Source of the DNA: Salpingoeca rosetta
Lineage: Eukaryota; Protista; Choanoflagellata
Direction of reading: 5' to 3'
NCBI GenBank assembly: GCA_033442325.1
Contig: JAWQFM010000005.1
Coordinates: 728,987 to 792,986 of the forward strand
Length of the DNA stretch: 64,000 nucleotides
Position 1 is the first letter of the stretch. Each line of letters starts with the position of its first letter. The notes under the pieces were generated by a model. That model was not told the DNA's origin, ran no database searches, and saw only the letters and a list, made by a program, of their open reading frames with translations. The position numbers and the translations under genes are program-made. This document shows, one piece after another, positions 48,700 through 64,000 of this stretch.

Positions 48700-48966
48700 G
48701 GTTGGTGATGAGGCAGACGCGCGCCGTCTGGTCGAAGCTCGTCGTCAAGCTCAGCCCGCGCTAGTTGTGGTGGTGTGTGTTTGGGGATGGGAAGTGGGGG
48801 GGGGGGGACGGCGGCAGATGGTGAGATGAAGAAGTGGTGGTGGTGTGGTTGTGTGTTATCGTTGTGTTTTGGTTTGTGTTGTCTTTTTGTTTGGAATTGC
48901 GCAGAAGGTGATCATAAGCAGCAGCCAAAACACCATAAACGACATGCAAACACGGGTGCGGTCACG

Positions 48967-49050
<84 letters not shown>

Positions 49051-49695
49051 ATGTCTGTGTGCCAGTCGAAGCTGTTGATTGGCTGTGTGGAGATGACCGA
49101 GTTGTTGATGAGGCGCATGGTGCCGGCCACGCCAAGCATCTCCCCAGTTTCTTCGTCCTTGACCTGACGCGCCTTTGGGTAGTGGTACTTCCACAGATTG
49201 ACGCTGCCGTTGCCGCCGCACGTGACAAACACGTCGCGGTCCTGCGGCGAGTGGCGCCCAACCCACACCGTCGACAGAGTGTGTGTGTGCATGTGTGCGT
49301 TGATGTGTGCGTGTGCACGTGTTCAAGTGTGCGTGTTGATTGTGTTCAGGTGTGTGTGCGTGTGTGGAAGGTAGCAAACAAGCGCACGTGTACACATGAA
49401 CGCTCGCGCAGACACACGCGGGCACACGAAGACAGACTCGCTCTCTTCCCCCCCCCCCCGGCTCTCTGGCCTCTTGTGACAGGTGCGAAAGGGAGCTGTG
49501 TTACCAAATGCAACTGCCCAGCAGTCGCGCTTTGGCTGCCCTTCCTCGGGCGAGATGTCCACTACAGGCTCGTCCGGCTGCCTTGGGTCCCACACCTTTA
49601 CTGACCCTGGTGGTGAGGACAATTGGCAGGCCAAACAGTCAGCCGTGACGCTTGGCACACTTTGGTCAATGACCGAAGCAGGAGGAGCGCAGGGG

Positions 49696-49727
<32 letters not shown>

Positions 49728-50626
49728 GCACGCACGCACGCACGCACGCACGCACACACGCACACGCACAAACACACACACACGCACACTCGCACACACA
49801 CACACACACGCACAAACACACACACGCACAAACACACATACACGCACCCATATGCCCATGCACACACTCATAGCCATGCGTGTGTGCTCACACGTACCAT
49901 CTCGGCTGCCGGTTACGATCTCGGGTGCTCCAGAGCCTTTCAACCCACCTGAAGCAAGGTGGCCATTCCTCACGATAAGAACATTGAACAGCGCAAAGCA
50001 AAGCAAGGAGCATGACAACAAGCAACACGAGCGTGGCCATGAGGAAATCAAAAGCATGCTCACCGCAGCCGTCGATGCAGTTGACAATCTCTGTGTGGCC
50101 CTTGGCGTGATACAACGGAACCTCCAGCCGTTCCAAGTCCCTGCAGTGACACACACACACACACGAGACAAATCAGGAGAAAAAGGCAGTGAGGCGTGTG
50201 TCACTTCGGACAAAGCATATTACGCTATGTCCACGCAACAAACACTTAACCCACCACTCGCAGATATACGAACACACACACACACACACATATGCACGCA
50301 CATATATGCACAAACACACATACCCATACAGACACACATGCACGCACACACCAGATGAAGAGGGAGCCGTCAAAGCAGCCCGTGGCAAGGCTGCGCTCCT
50401 CAAGCGGGCTGGCGCCGAACGTGCCACATTTGAACCCGCTTGGCTTGGATACGCTTGTGACGCTGGTGAGTTTGCCCTTGGACATGTGCAGCACCTCCAA
50501 TGCGCCCGTGCCTCGTGCATGCTGACCCAGCAACACGCAGCGCGCGCTGGATGGCACCCACTTCCCATCAAACAACGTGTAATTCACACCATGGTGGATG
50601 TGCTCAATGATGTTCGGCTTCTCCAT
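48686..50626 (-). CDS. WDR92: WD repeat protein 92 (DNAAF10, axonemal dynein assembly); an internal ~85-aa part is missing from the assembly
   Basis: [103 protein letters not shown]. Confidence 0.92.
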
Positions 50627-50785
50627 CGTGTGGCGTGTGTTCTTTGTGTGTGTGAGAGTGAGAGAGAGAGTGAGTGAGTGAGTGAGTGAGTGAGAGAGTG
50701 TGTGTGTGTGTGAGCGAGTGAGTGAGTGAGAGACAGAGAGAGAGAGAGAGAGACAGTGTGTGTGTGTGTGGGGGGGGTTGTGTTT

Positions 50786-50792
50786 GTTGCCA
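50786..50792 (+). promoter_or_regulatory. RFX X-box half-site (GTTGCCA) ~160 bp upstream of WDR92
   Basis: GTTGCCA in the 277-bp divergent intergenic region. Confidence 0.45.
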
Positions 50793-50903
50793 CTGCGCCG
50801 TTGTGTTGCGGAAAATAACAGGAAGATGTTCGACACACCTCCATAACCGGCACCAAGAAGCAACTGCACCGCTCTTTTTTGTTCCGCCACCACGACAAAC
50901 GTG

Positions 50904-52644
50904 ATGCTGCTGCTGCTGCGAAGAAGCTTGGGGAGGATGGGCCAGCACATGCTGGCATCATCAGCAACAACAACAACAACAACAACAGCAACAACAGCAA
51001 CAACAACAACAGCAACAGCACTGGTGGGGAGAGCAAGCAGGAGATTAACGGAGACGGTGCCGTCACTGCTTCGAGCAGCAAGGCGAACGCTAACAACGGC
51101 ATCGGCGACGACAGCAGTCGCACGACATGTGCAGCGGCAGTGCATGGCTGTACCGAGGCCAAGGAGTATGCTCCAGCCTCGCGTGCTCCTTCAACAGCGT
51201 GCACACATGTCCACATTTCAGATTGTGAAGCAAAAAACGCGGCGAGTCCTCCTGATATCTGCTGGTACGTGCACAGGAGGAACCCCTGTGTGACTGCGCT
51301 CTTCTGCCGCTTGGTGTTTGGTCGGACGTGGGAAGCGTGCCTTGGTCCTTCGTGGTCCGCCGCCACCATGCGCCTGTTTGATGTGGCAACAGCCTCTCCT
51401 CTTGACGGCAGGGTCGTCCATTCTCATCCATGCTTGCTCGCTGCTTCGATGGATTTTGCTGCAGGTGTGGCTGGAGTTGGTGTAGTGGGCTACCTCATGT
51501 TCAAGACCTCGTCGTTCATGAGTTCGCTGACGTTCAAGCACGTGACGTACTTTGGGTTCTATCTCGGTGGTATCACAACTGGGCTAGCGGTGGTTGGCTT
51601 TGCCATCCTGTATCGCCGCTACTGCGGGCTTCACCCGGAGGCGCTGTACAAGGACGTGTTGCGACGTGTATCCAAGACCCCGGTTGTTGTCGACAAGTTT
51701 GGTGCGTGTTTAATGTGTGTGCATGTTTGTGATTATGTGTGGGTGCATGTTTGTGAGTGTGTGTGTGGGTGCTGAGTGCTGAGTGCTGGTATGATTGAGT
51801 GCGCTTGTTGGGCGTGCGTGCAAGTCTGTGTGTGTGTGTGTGTGTGTGTATGTGTGCTGCGTTGTGTGCGAGGAAAACAGCTGGTTCGTTGCTCTGCTCA
51901 TCATCTCCTCGCTCATGGTGCAACGCACTCGTTCTTGGACTCTCCACTTCAACCCCACGCTTTGAACCACCATCACCAGGTGGACGCATGTCTGTGGGCC
52001 AGTTCAAAGCATACGCACCAACAGGTGCGGGACGCTGACAGAGACGTAGTGATGCTGGGGCACGGCCGTGATAGGGATGGCAATGATGAGACGCGCGTAC
52101 ATGTGTGAACTGTTGGGTGTTTATGTCATGTTGACACGCCATGTTGTTCTCGCTTGGCAGGCGGCTTGATTCTCGACACGACCAAGTGGCTCCCACGCAT
52201 TAAACACGAGAAGAGTACGTTGTGTGTGTGTGTATGTATGTGTCCTTGTATCTTCGGATCCTTGTGTCCTTGTATCCTTGTGTCCTTGTGTCCTTGTGTC
52301 CTTGTTTCTATGCCTGTGTCCGTGTTTCGCCTTGAGGCTTGGCTTCGCTCACGCTTGCTGCAATTTGTGGTCTCTGACATACCTCCACACGTCCCACTCC
52401 CATCCCCCCCCCCCTCCCGTCCAACTCACACACGCGCGCGCTTTGCCTGACACCAGGTGGGCTGCAGATGATGTTCCAGCTGCACGGCCCAAAGGACTCG
52501 GCCATGTGCAGCATTGAGGCGCAGGCAGCCGGCGCGTCGCACAAGATCAGCTCGCTCGCACTCGACTTTACAGACGGCCAGCGGTTCGTGCTTGCAGGCA
52601 AACCGGAGGACGTCGTGTTCAAGGGGCTGACAAAGCTGCGATGA
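50904..52644 (+). CDS. Mitochondrial inner-membrane protein, TIM21/Coa1-like fold; exons 50904-51264, 51465-51701, 51980-52024, 52161-52213, 52457-52644
   Basis: Arg/Ala/Thr-rich presequence, two TM segments, then LHPEALYKDVLRRV..FGGRMSVGQFKAY..GG..MMFQLHGPKDSAMCSIEA..ISSLALD..RFVLAG. Confidence 0.65.
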
Positions 52645-52717
52645 GCGTGGCATCGTTTTTGGTGGCGGTGATTCTGGAGAGTAGCAGGACGCGTGTAGTA
52701 ACCAGGGGGTGGGCGTG

Positions 52718-52775
<58 letters not shown>

Positions 52776-53268
52776 CGGCGAATACGCGCACAACAACACG
52801 GCTGTTTTGTGTTGTGTGCGCGCACCATCTGTTTCTAGTGGGCCCGACAGTGACGAGATTGTGGACAGCAGTGAGGCTGGCGATGACTGACAGCTGAGAT
52901 ACATGTAGCTTTCTCTCTGTCTTGATATCGTACCTATGTGCACAGTGCATTTGCCTTAGATTGGTGTGGCTGTTTTGTTTGCTGCGGTCGCTCCGCTGTC
53001 CTTTCTCTCTTCCCCTTTCTCATTGTGGTGATCGTTCTTGGTTTGTTGGTGTTGTTGAACTGCGGTGCACGTTACTGCGGGTACTCTGCTCTTCCATTTG
53101 CATCCGTTTCCTTTGCTTGCCCTTGACTGACATGAAGTGAAATACAAACACAACGACATAGCATTGGGGAGCGACTGCTTTCTTGCGTTCATGTTTGCAT
53201 GGGTGTAGGTGTTCTGGGTTTGTGACATCACATCGCATCATGCCACAGTGTAAAGTTGAGATTGTCAA

Positions 53269-53312
53269 GTGTGCTTCCCTAACACTTTGGGTGTGCTTCC
53301 CTTACACTTTGG
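53269..53312. repeat. 22-bp direct tandem repeat, 2 copies, 1 mismatch
   Basis: GTGTGCTTCCCTAACACTTTGG / GTGTGCTTCCCTTACACTTTGG. Confidence 0.8.
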
Positions 53313-53572
53313 TTCATTCAATAATTACTGAGAGCGTAAATCAATCACAGCCAAAACATATTTCCGATTCAAATACAGAGAAAACAAAGTGATGTGATGA
53401 CTCTTCACCTTGTACACACAGACACACACACACACACTCACGTCGGCGTGTCGTAGAAACATGCGCAAACACACCCACACACGCACACAAACAACTAAGC
53501 ACTCATGCGTATTGACACAAGCAAGAAACAAGCAGACAAACACACAACCATGCGCCCGCAGACGCCGTACGC

Positions 53573-55273
53573 TCAAGGGTTTGGTCCGTAGAAGCGGACC
53601 AGGGCTATGTCCTGATCGTCAAGCGTTCCATCTCCAGTACGATAGCCGCCAGCAACAATGCGGCCGTTGTTGCTGCGTGCGCCACGCATGAACTCTCTTC
53701 CAGCACCGTGTCCCGTTCTGACAAGCTCGCCCCACATGATCGAGCCATCCGAGGGTCTAGCGGCAGCAACGACGAGATCAACTTCGGAATCCTGCGTTTG
53801 CCCGAGAACATCGCCGAAGGCCGCGCCGAAAAACACGGCGTTGCCAGCATCGTCAACAAGCACGGTGAATCCATAGTCGCCACCGCTTGTAGCAAGCTCG
53901 TCGGATGCCCACACGATGCTGCCGTCGTCCGCGCTCAAGCGGGCAAAGACGCTGTCCACACTCCCTTTGGGCGGGTTGCCGAGCGCGCTGCTGCTGTCGC
54001 TTAGACCGGCCACAAACACTTCACCGCTGCTCGACACGGCAATGCTGTAGAACTGGTCCCGGGCATCGCCACCGTGCGTCTTGCCCCAAAGGAACGTGCC
54101 ATTGCTGTCAAACTTGACGACCAAGGCGTCGCTGTCACCACCTTGGTTCGTGTCACCGTACAGGCTGCCGGTTGTGAAGCCGGCGGCGTAGATGCTGCCG
54201 TCTGCGCCAACTGTACATGCGCGGAACTCCTCGTTGGACGCGTGGCGGAGGTACGTCTCCCACTCCTTGTTGCCGTCGTCGTCAAGATGCATCACGTAGG
54301 CGTCGCGAGGATCGTAGTATGACGTTGAAGCACCAGTGTCGTCGATTTTCCGGTCGTTGGTGACGTCGCCGCATAAAAGCAGGCCGCCGTTCACAGTGTC
54401 GACTGTGACAATCGCTTGTGCGGATCCGGTGCCTTGCGGGAAAGTCTTGCTCCAGATCTCGCTGCCGGTTGCGCTGTCAAGCTTCATCAGCGTCAAGTCG
54501 CCGCTCCAGCCCGCAAAGACACGTAAAGCAGCCGTCACAAGGAGGTCACCGTTGCTGTCGAAGGCCACGCTGGTTGCCCAGTCATAGAAGGTGGTACCAA
54601 ACGTCTTGCCCCACACGAGCTGGTCAGTGGCGTCGAAGCATGCAATGAGCGCATCGAAGTCGCCTTGAAAGGTGTCACCAAAGATGGCCTGGTTGGAGTT
54701 ACCAACCATGCACACCACACCGGCGTCGTTGACAGCGGTTGACAGGATTTGCTGAATACCAGCATATCGGAACGTGACCATGGCCGCAGCTGCACGTGTT
54801 GTCGAGGTCGTCGTTGTTGTTGTCGTTGTTGTTGTCGTTGTCGTTGTCGTTGTGGTCGTTGTGGTCGTTGTTGTGGTAGTCGTTGTCGTGGTCGTTGTGG
54901 TGGTTGTTGTGGTGGTTGTGGTCGTGGTGGTGGTGGTTGTTGTTGTTGTCGTTGCAGTTGTGGTTGAGTTGCCTCCAGCGATGTTGCCTGTTGTTGCGTT
55001 GGTAGCAGTGCCACTGACGTCGTTCGCGTTGCTTCCACCGGCACCTTGGCTGGTAGAGGACGAGGATACTGACTTGGTCCCATAGTACACGCCTGTGGTG
55101 ATGCTTGTTGCCATGACGCCCACGACCGCGGTGAGGATGAGAATGGTGATGAGCGGGGAGCGCGACTTGCTTCCTGCCCTTTTCTTGGCGGGCACCTCCA
55201 TTGCCAACACCACTTCCTCCGGCTGCGACGACGGCTGCGGCTCCGTCGCGTCCACTATCGGGCTCACCTTCAT
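53573..55273 (-). CDS. Intronless type II membrane protein: TM + Thr-rich stalk + SBBP-type beta-propeller
   Basis: 566-aa uninterrupted ORF; TM LITILILTAVVGVMATSITTGVYY; ~55-Thr run; repeats such as GFTTGSLYGDTNQGGDSDALVVKFDSNGTFLWGKTHGG..D..YSIAVSSSGEVFVAG. Confidence 0.85.
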   Translation of the reverse strand: MKVSPIVDATEPQPSSQPEEVVLAMEVPAKKRAGSKSRSPLITILILTAVVGVMATSITTGVYYGTKSVSSSSTSQGAGGSNANDVSGTATNATTGNIAGGNSTTTATTTTTTTTTTTTTTTTTTTTTTTTTTTTTTTTTTTTTTTTTTTTTTTTTSTTRAAAAMVTFRYAGIQQILSTAVNDAGVVCMVGNSNQAIFGDTFQGDFDALIACFDATDQLVWGKTFGTTFYDWATSVAFDSNGDLLVTAALRVFAGWSGDLTLMKLDSATGSEIWSKTFPQGTGSAQAIVTVDTVNGGLLLCGDVTNDRKIDDTGASTSYYDPRDAYVMHLDDDGNKEWETYLRHASNEEFRACTVGADGSIYAAGFTTGSLYGDTNQGGDSDALVVKFDSNGTFLWGKTHGGDARDQFYSIAVSSSGEVFVAGLSDSSSALGNPPKGSVDSVFARLSADDGSIVWASDELATSGGDYGFTVLVDDAGNAVFFGAAFGDVLGQTQDSEVDLVVAAARPSDGSIMWGELVRTGHGAGREFMRGARSNNGRIVAGGYRTGDGTLDDQDIALVRFYGPNP

Positions 55274-55408
55274 TGTGCTGGTCTCCTCTGCTCCTTACTG
55301 CTCAGCTCTTCTTGCAGGCGGCCGTCTGGTGTTAAAGCTGCTCGTGCGTAAGATGTCTGTGTGACGCCCGCAACGAAGACGCAAGTAGGAGCAGGTCTGC
55401 GCACATGC

Positions 55409-55522
<114 letters not shown>

Positions 55523-55696
55523 GCGCGCGAAACTGCACGATTCTTGTGCGCAGCATGGCATCGTGTGATGGAAAGTTCGGGAATGAACAGGAATCAAAAG
55601 GAAGGACTTAACCCGCGTCTTGCATTTTACTATTTGGGTGAAATCATGACGGCAATCTCGTCATCACTAACAAACCTGCGACTGCTGCTGCTGCTG

Positions 55697-55743
<47 letters not shown>

Positions 55744-56092
55744 TGTGTCGATGGATGCTCTATGGGACTTATCGGTTGAATACCCCACTTGTTGTGTATC
55801 TCTCGTGCGCGCAAGATCAAAAGCACGTTCTGGCCACAATGTAACAGCGGCAATACAATCGCCAGCGTGTGCCGTGAACATGGACGCCCGCACACCAACA
55901 CAAGCGGGCGCACCTGACAACTACAGCACCCACTGTTAACGAGAGGAAATTAGGGAGGGGGCTGGGATACTCTGTGTAATTCCCCAAGTGTATCCACACA
56001 ACACACATCTACACATGCACATACGCACACACACAAACACACACGCACGCACGCACGCACACGCACGCACGCACGCACAGAGCCACGAGCAG

Positions 56093-57878
<1,786 letters not shown>

Positions 57879-57996
57879 CCTGAGTGCATGAAAAGAGACG
57901 CAGCGCACAGCAGAGAGCAGGGTCCGCGAAAAGTAGCTGTTTACGACACCATGAATTTTACCGTGGTAAATGCTCTCTACAGCATAATTTTCTGGT

Positions 57997-58003
57997 TGGC
58001 AAC
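57997..58003 (-). promoter_or_regulatory. RFX X-box half-site (GTTGCCA) ~125 bp upstream of GAS8
   Basis: TGGCAAC on the + strand in the 248-bp divergent intergenic region. Confidence 0.45.
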
Positions 58004-58126
58004 AACCCAAGCAGGCAGCCAAGACAGACAGACAGACAACCTTCCATCAACCACAACTCCCCAGCCAGCCACAACAACAGTCAGCGACAAGGACACCCCG
58101 TCTCACAAGAGCACACGCAGCTCACC

Positions 58127-58371
58127 ATGCCGCCCAAGAAGAAGGGCAAGGGAAAGGGAAAGAAGGGGAAGGGGAAGGGAAAGGGAAAAGCAGAAGATGA
58201 TGCAAAGAAGGCAGAGGCCGGGCTCATCGGCCTCACCCCAGAAGAGGTGCGTTCTACCGTTGAGTTTGGCTTGATCTGGGTGCGGTGGTTGGCGTATCGA
58301 TGTACATGTGTGTGTGTATGTATGTATGTGTGTGCGCGTGCGTGTGTGTGTGTGCGTGTGTGTGTGTGTGT

Positions 58372-58406
<35 letters not shown>

Positions 58407-58803
58407 CGTGTCCATATGTCCATGTGCCCAGGTGTATCCGTTCGACTCAATGGGTGTCCATGTGGCATTGTACTCATGGTTGCACGTTGCCGTTGTTGTG
58501 CACTTGGTTGATCAGATGGAAGGGAAGATCATGAGGTTGAGGGACGAGCTGGACCGGGAACGTGAGGAGCGCAACTACTTCCAGCTGGAGCGTGACAAAA
58601 TCAACACCTTCTGGGAGATTACGAAGAAGCAGCTGGAGGAGTCGCGCGCAGTTCTGCGCAACAAGGACAGGGAGATGGAGGAGATTGAGGAGAAGCATGC
58701 GGTGGAGATCAAGGTGTACAAACAAAAGGTCAAGCATCTCCTCTACGAACATCAAAACCAAATCACAGAACTCAAGACAGATGGTGAGACTACGGCGTCG
58801 TTG

Positions 58804-58878
<75 letters not shown>

Positions 58879-59055
58879 ACGCATTTGCGTGTGCCAACCT
58901 TTTCTCACAACTTGGCACGCACTACATACATTCATGCAAACATTTGGCTCACCAACTCCCATCACCCTTTGCAGCGGCCATGAATCTGCGCCTGGCGCGG
59001 GACGAGCTGTCGGAGGATTCCGTCCATCTCCGCAGAGACAAACGCGACCTCAAGG

Positions 59056-59126
<71 letters not shown>

Positions 59127-60264
59127 ACGTGGTCTGTTTTTTTTTTTCAAATCGTTCACCACGAGCGCGCGCGCATTTTGTGTTCTGCAGGTGTCGATGA
59201 AGGAGCAAGAGCTGGATCACATTGCGGCGGTGAAGCAGCTGCAGGTCGAGTACGACAAGAAGATGACGCAGCTGTATGAGGAGAAGGAGCAGCAGGGGCG
59301 GGAGATCCGGCAGAAGTACGAGCAGATGATGGACGCGTTGCAGGAGGACATGAACTTGCAGCGCAAGGCGGAGATACACGAGATCGAGGAGCGCAAGAAC
59401 CAGCAAATACACACGCTGGTGAAGAACCACGAGAAGGCGTTTAGCGACATCAAGAACTACTACAACGACATCACGCTGAACAACCTGGCCCTCATCAACA
59501 CGCTCAAGGAGCAAGTGGAGGAGATGAAGAAGCGCGAGGAGCGCACAGACAAGCTCATGGCAGAGGTGGCCTCGGAGAACAAGAAGCTTGTTGTCCCCCT
59601 GCAAGAGGCGCAGGCCCGCGTCGCAGAGCTCGAGAAGCAGGTGTGTTGTGTGTTTGTGTGTCTGTGTGTGCGTGCGTCTGTGTGTGTGTGTGTGTGTGTG
59701 TGTGTCCATGTGTGTGCTTGTTTACGTTGGAGGTGTTGGCAAGGGCGCATGGTTTTTCTCAGCGATGGGTGCCGTTTTGCACGCTGTGTTTCACGACCAC
59801 GCTTTGTGTCGAAGCTCCCGCCCTGAACTTATAACCTATCACCACACACACATACACACACACACTCTCTCTCTCTCACACACACACTCATTCACACACA
59901 CACACACACAACACACACACACTCACCACACATACATGTACCACACACACACAACACAACACAATCATCCTCAGCTTGCGAGCCACGAGCGGGACAAAAA
60001 GTTCCTGCGCAATGCCAAGGCGCGGATCAAGGTGCTTGAGGACGAGACGAAGCAGCTGGAGTGGGAGCGGGAGGTGCTCAAGCAGCGGTTTGCAGAGGTG
60101 GAGGGCGAGCGCGACGAGTTGTATGAGCGCTTTGTCAAGACCATCTACGACGTGCAGCAGAAGAGCGGCTTCAAGAACATCATCCTGGAGAAAAAGCTCT
60201 CGGCGCTGGCGGAGTCCCTCGAGAAGAAGGTGTGCCCCTTGGGAGTGGACTGGACTGGGGGGAG

Positions 60265-60317
<53 letters not shown>

Positions 60318-60846
60318 TGTGTTTGTGTTTGTATTTTGTGTGTTTTTGAGGGGGTTAGTGTTGTTGAAAGACCCACCACCGCTTCCTGACATGACAGTAC
60401 GCCACGAGCACACGTCTGCACACATGCAAACGGTTGTATTCAAACAAACCTCGCAACATACAAACACACACTAACATACACACTCACATACACACACTCA
60501 CACACACGCGCGCGCGCACGCCTGCCATCCTCTTCCTCAACTACCATCTCCACAGGAGGCGCAACTGAACGAGGTGCTGGCGGCATCCAACCTCGATCCC
60601 ACAGCGCTGGCGGTGGTGACGCGCAAGCTGGAGGATGTGCTCGACTCGAAGAACGCGGCCATCAAGGACCTGCAGTACGAGGTGGCCAAGATGTACAAGA
60701 CATACAACGACACCGTGCGCACCTTCCAGTCCAAGATGGGCGAGTTTGGCATCCCCATGGAGGAGCTTGGCTTCCAGCTGCTCAACCCAGATCCAGACCA
60801 GCCCCTCGGCAAGGCGCCAGCAGGCCTTGTCTCCACCACTTCCTAA
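58127..60846 (+). CDS. GAS8: Growth arrest-specific 8 / dynein regulatory complex subunit 4
   Basis: [106 protein letters not shown]. Confidence 0.97.
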
Positions 60847-61314
60847 CACACAGAGAGAGAATGTGTGTGTGCGTCTGTGTCTGTGTGCGCGCGCGCGCGT
60901 CTGCGTGTGTGTGTCTATGTGTGTGTGTGTGTGTGCATGTGGCGTGTGGCTGTGTGTGTCTGTGAGTCAATGTGTTCTTTCTTCCCCCCTCCTTCCTCCT
61001 TTGCATTGTGTTCGCTGAGCCCTTGTTTGTGTTTGGTCGTGCCTTTATACACACAACAACATCAGCAACATTCTGTCTTCCCAGCAGCGGTCTCATGTTG
61101 GTCATACTTGTGTCTTGTGTGACATGTGTGATGTGGTGTGCTGTCACCATCTTGTCTGTTGCCTCTTCTGTCGTCCAAGTTCTGATGATTTGTGAAAGAT
61201 ACCAGATAAAATTCTGCATAACAACGCCAAAAACAGCGCATCGTCGCACGCACACCACAACAACAACAACCAACCACCTCACCACACCGAACCTCCACAA
61301 CTCGCCCTGGCAAG

Positions 61315-64000
<2,686 letters not shown>

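Overview
Eukaryotic, intron-rich, gene-dense DNA full of (CA/TG)n microsatellites. Gene content (AROM, a TK-like/SH2 protein, N-DRC ciliary genes, alpha-actinin, a TIR/HET-like-TPR protein) points to a choanoflagellate, probably Salpingoeca rosetta or a relative; this is an inference. I assembled 17 protein-coding genes by hand from GT-AG junctions and reading phase: eIF3e (5'-partial), a C1orf131/Faf1-like protein, alpha-actinin, a FAM166-like ciliary protein, a TIR/HET-like-TPR protein ending in a CaaX box, a chalcone-isomerase-fold (Aim18/46-like) protein, GTPBP2-like, pentafunctional AROM, chorismate synthase, a TM-pseudokinase-SH2 protein, EXO1, WDR92, a TIM21-like mitochondrial protein, an intronless TM-mucin-SBBP beta-propeller, a YccV-domain protein, GAS8/DRC4 and DRC3 (3'-partial). 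Highlights: (1) AROM and chorismate synthase lie head-to-head 428 bp apart, covering 6 of the 7 shikimate steps, and the chorismate synthase has a coiled-coil plus transmembrane tail; (2) a putatively prenylated TIR/HET-like-TPR receptor; (3) a membrane-anchored pseudokinase-SH2 protein with no ectodomain; (4) strong polarity of intronic repeats, with (UG)n near donors and (CA)n near acceptors; (5) tandem DRC4-DRC3, with RFX-like half-sites at ciliary genes; (6) a 14-nt tail-to-tail CDS overlap between EXO1 and WDR92. There are two N-gaps and two probable assembly collapses (in chorismate synthase and WDR92). No tRNA, rRNA, CRISPR array or transposase was recognised. All family assignments come from motif recognition; no database searches were run.
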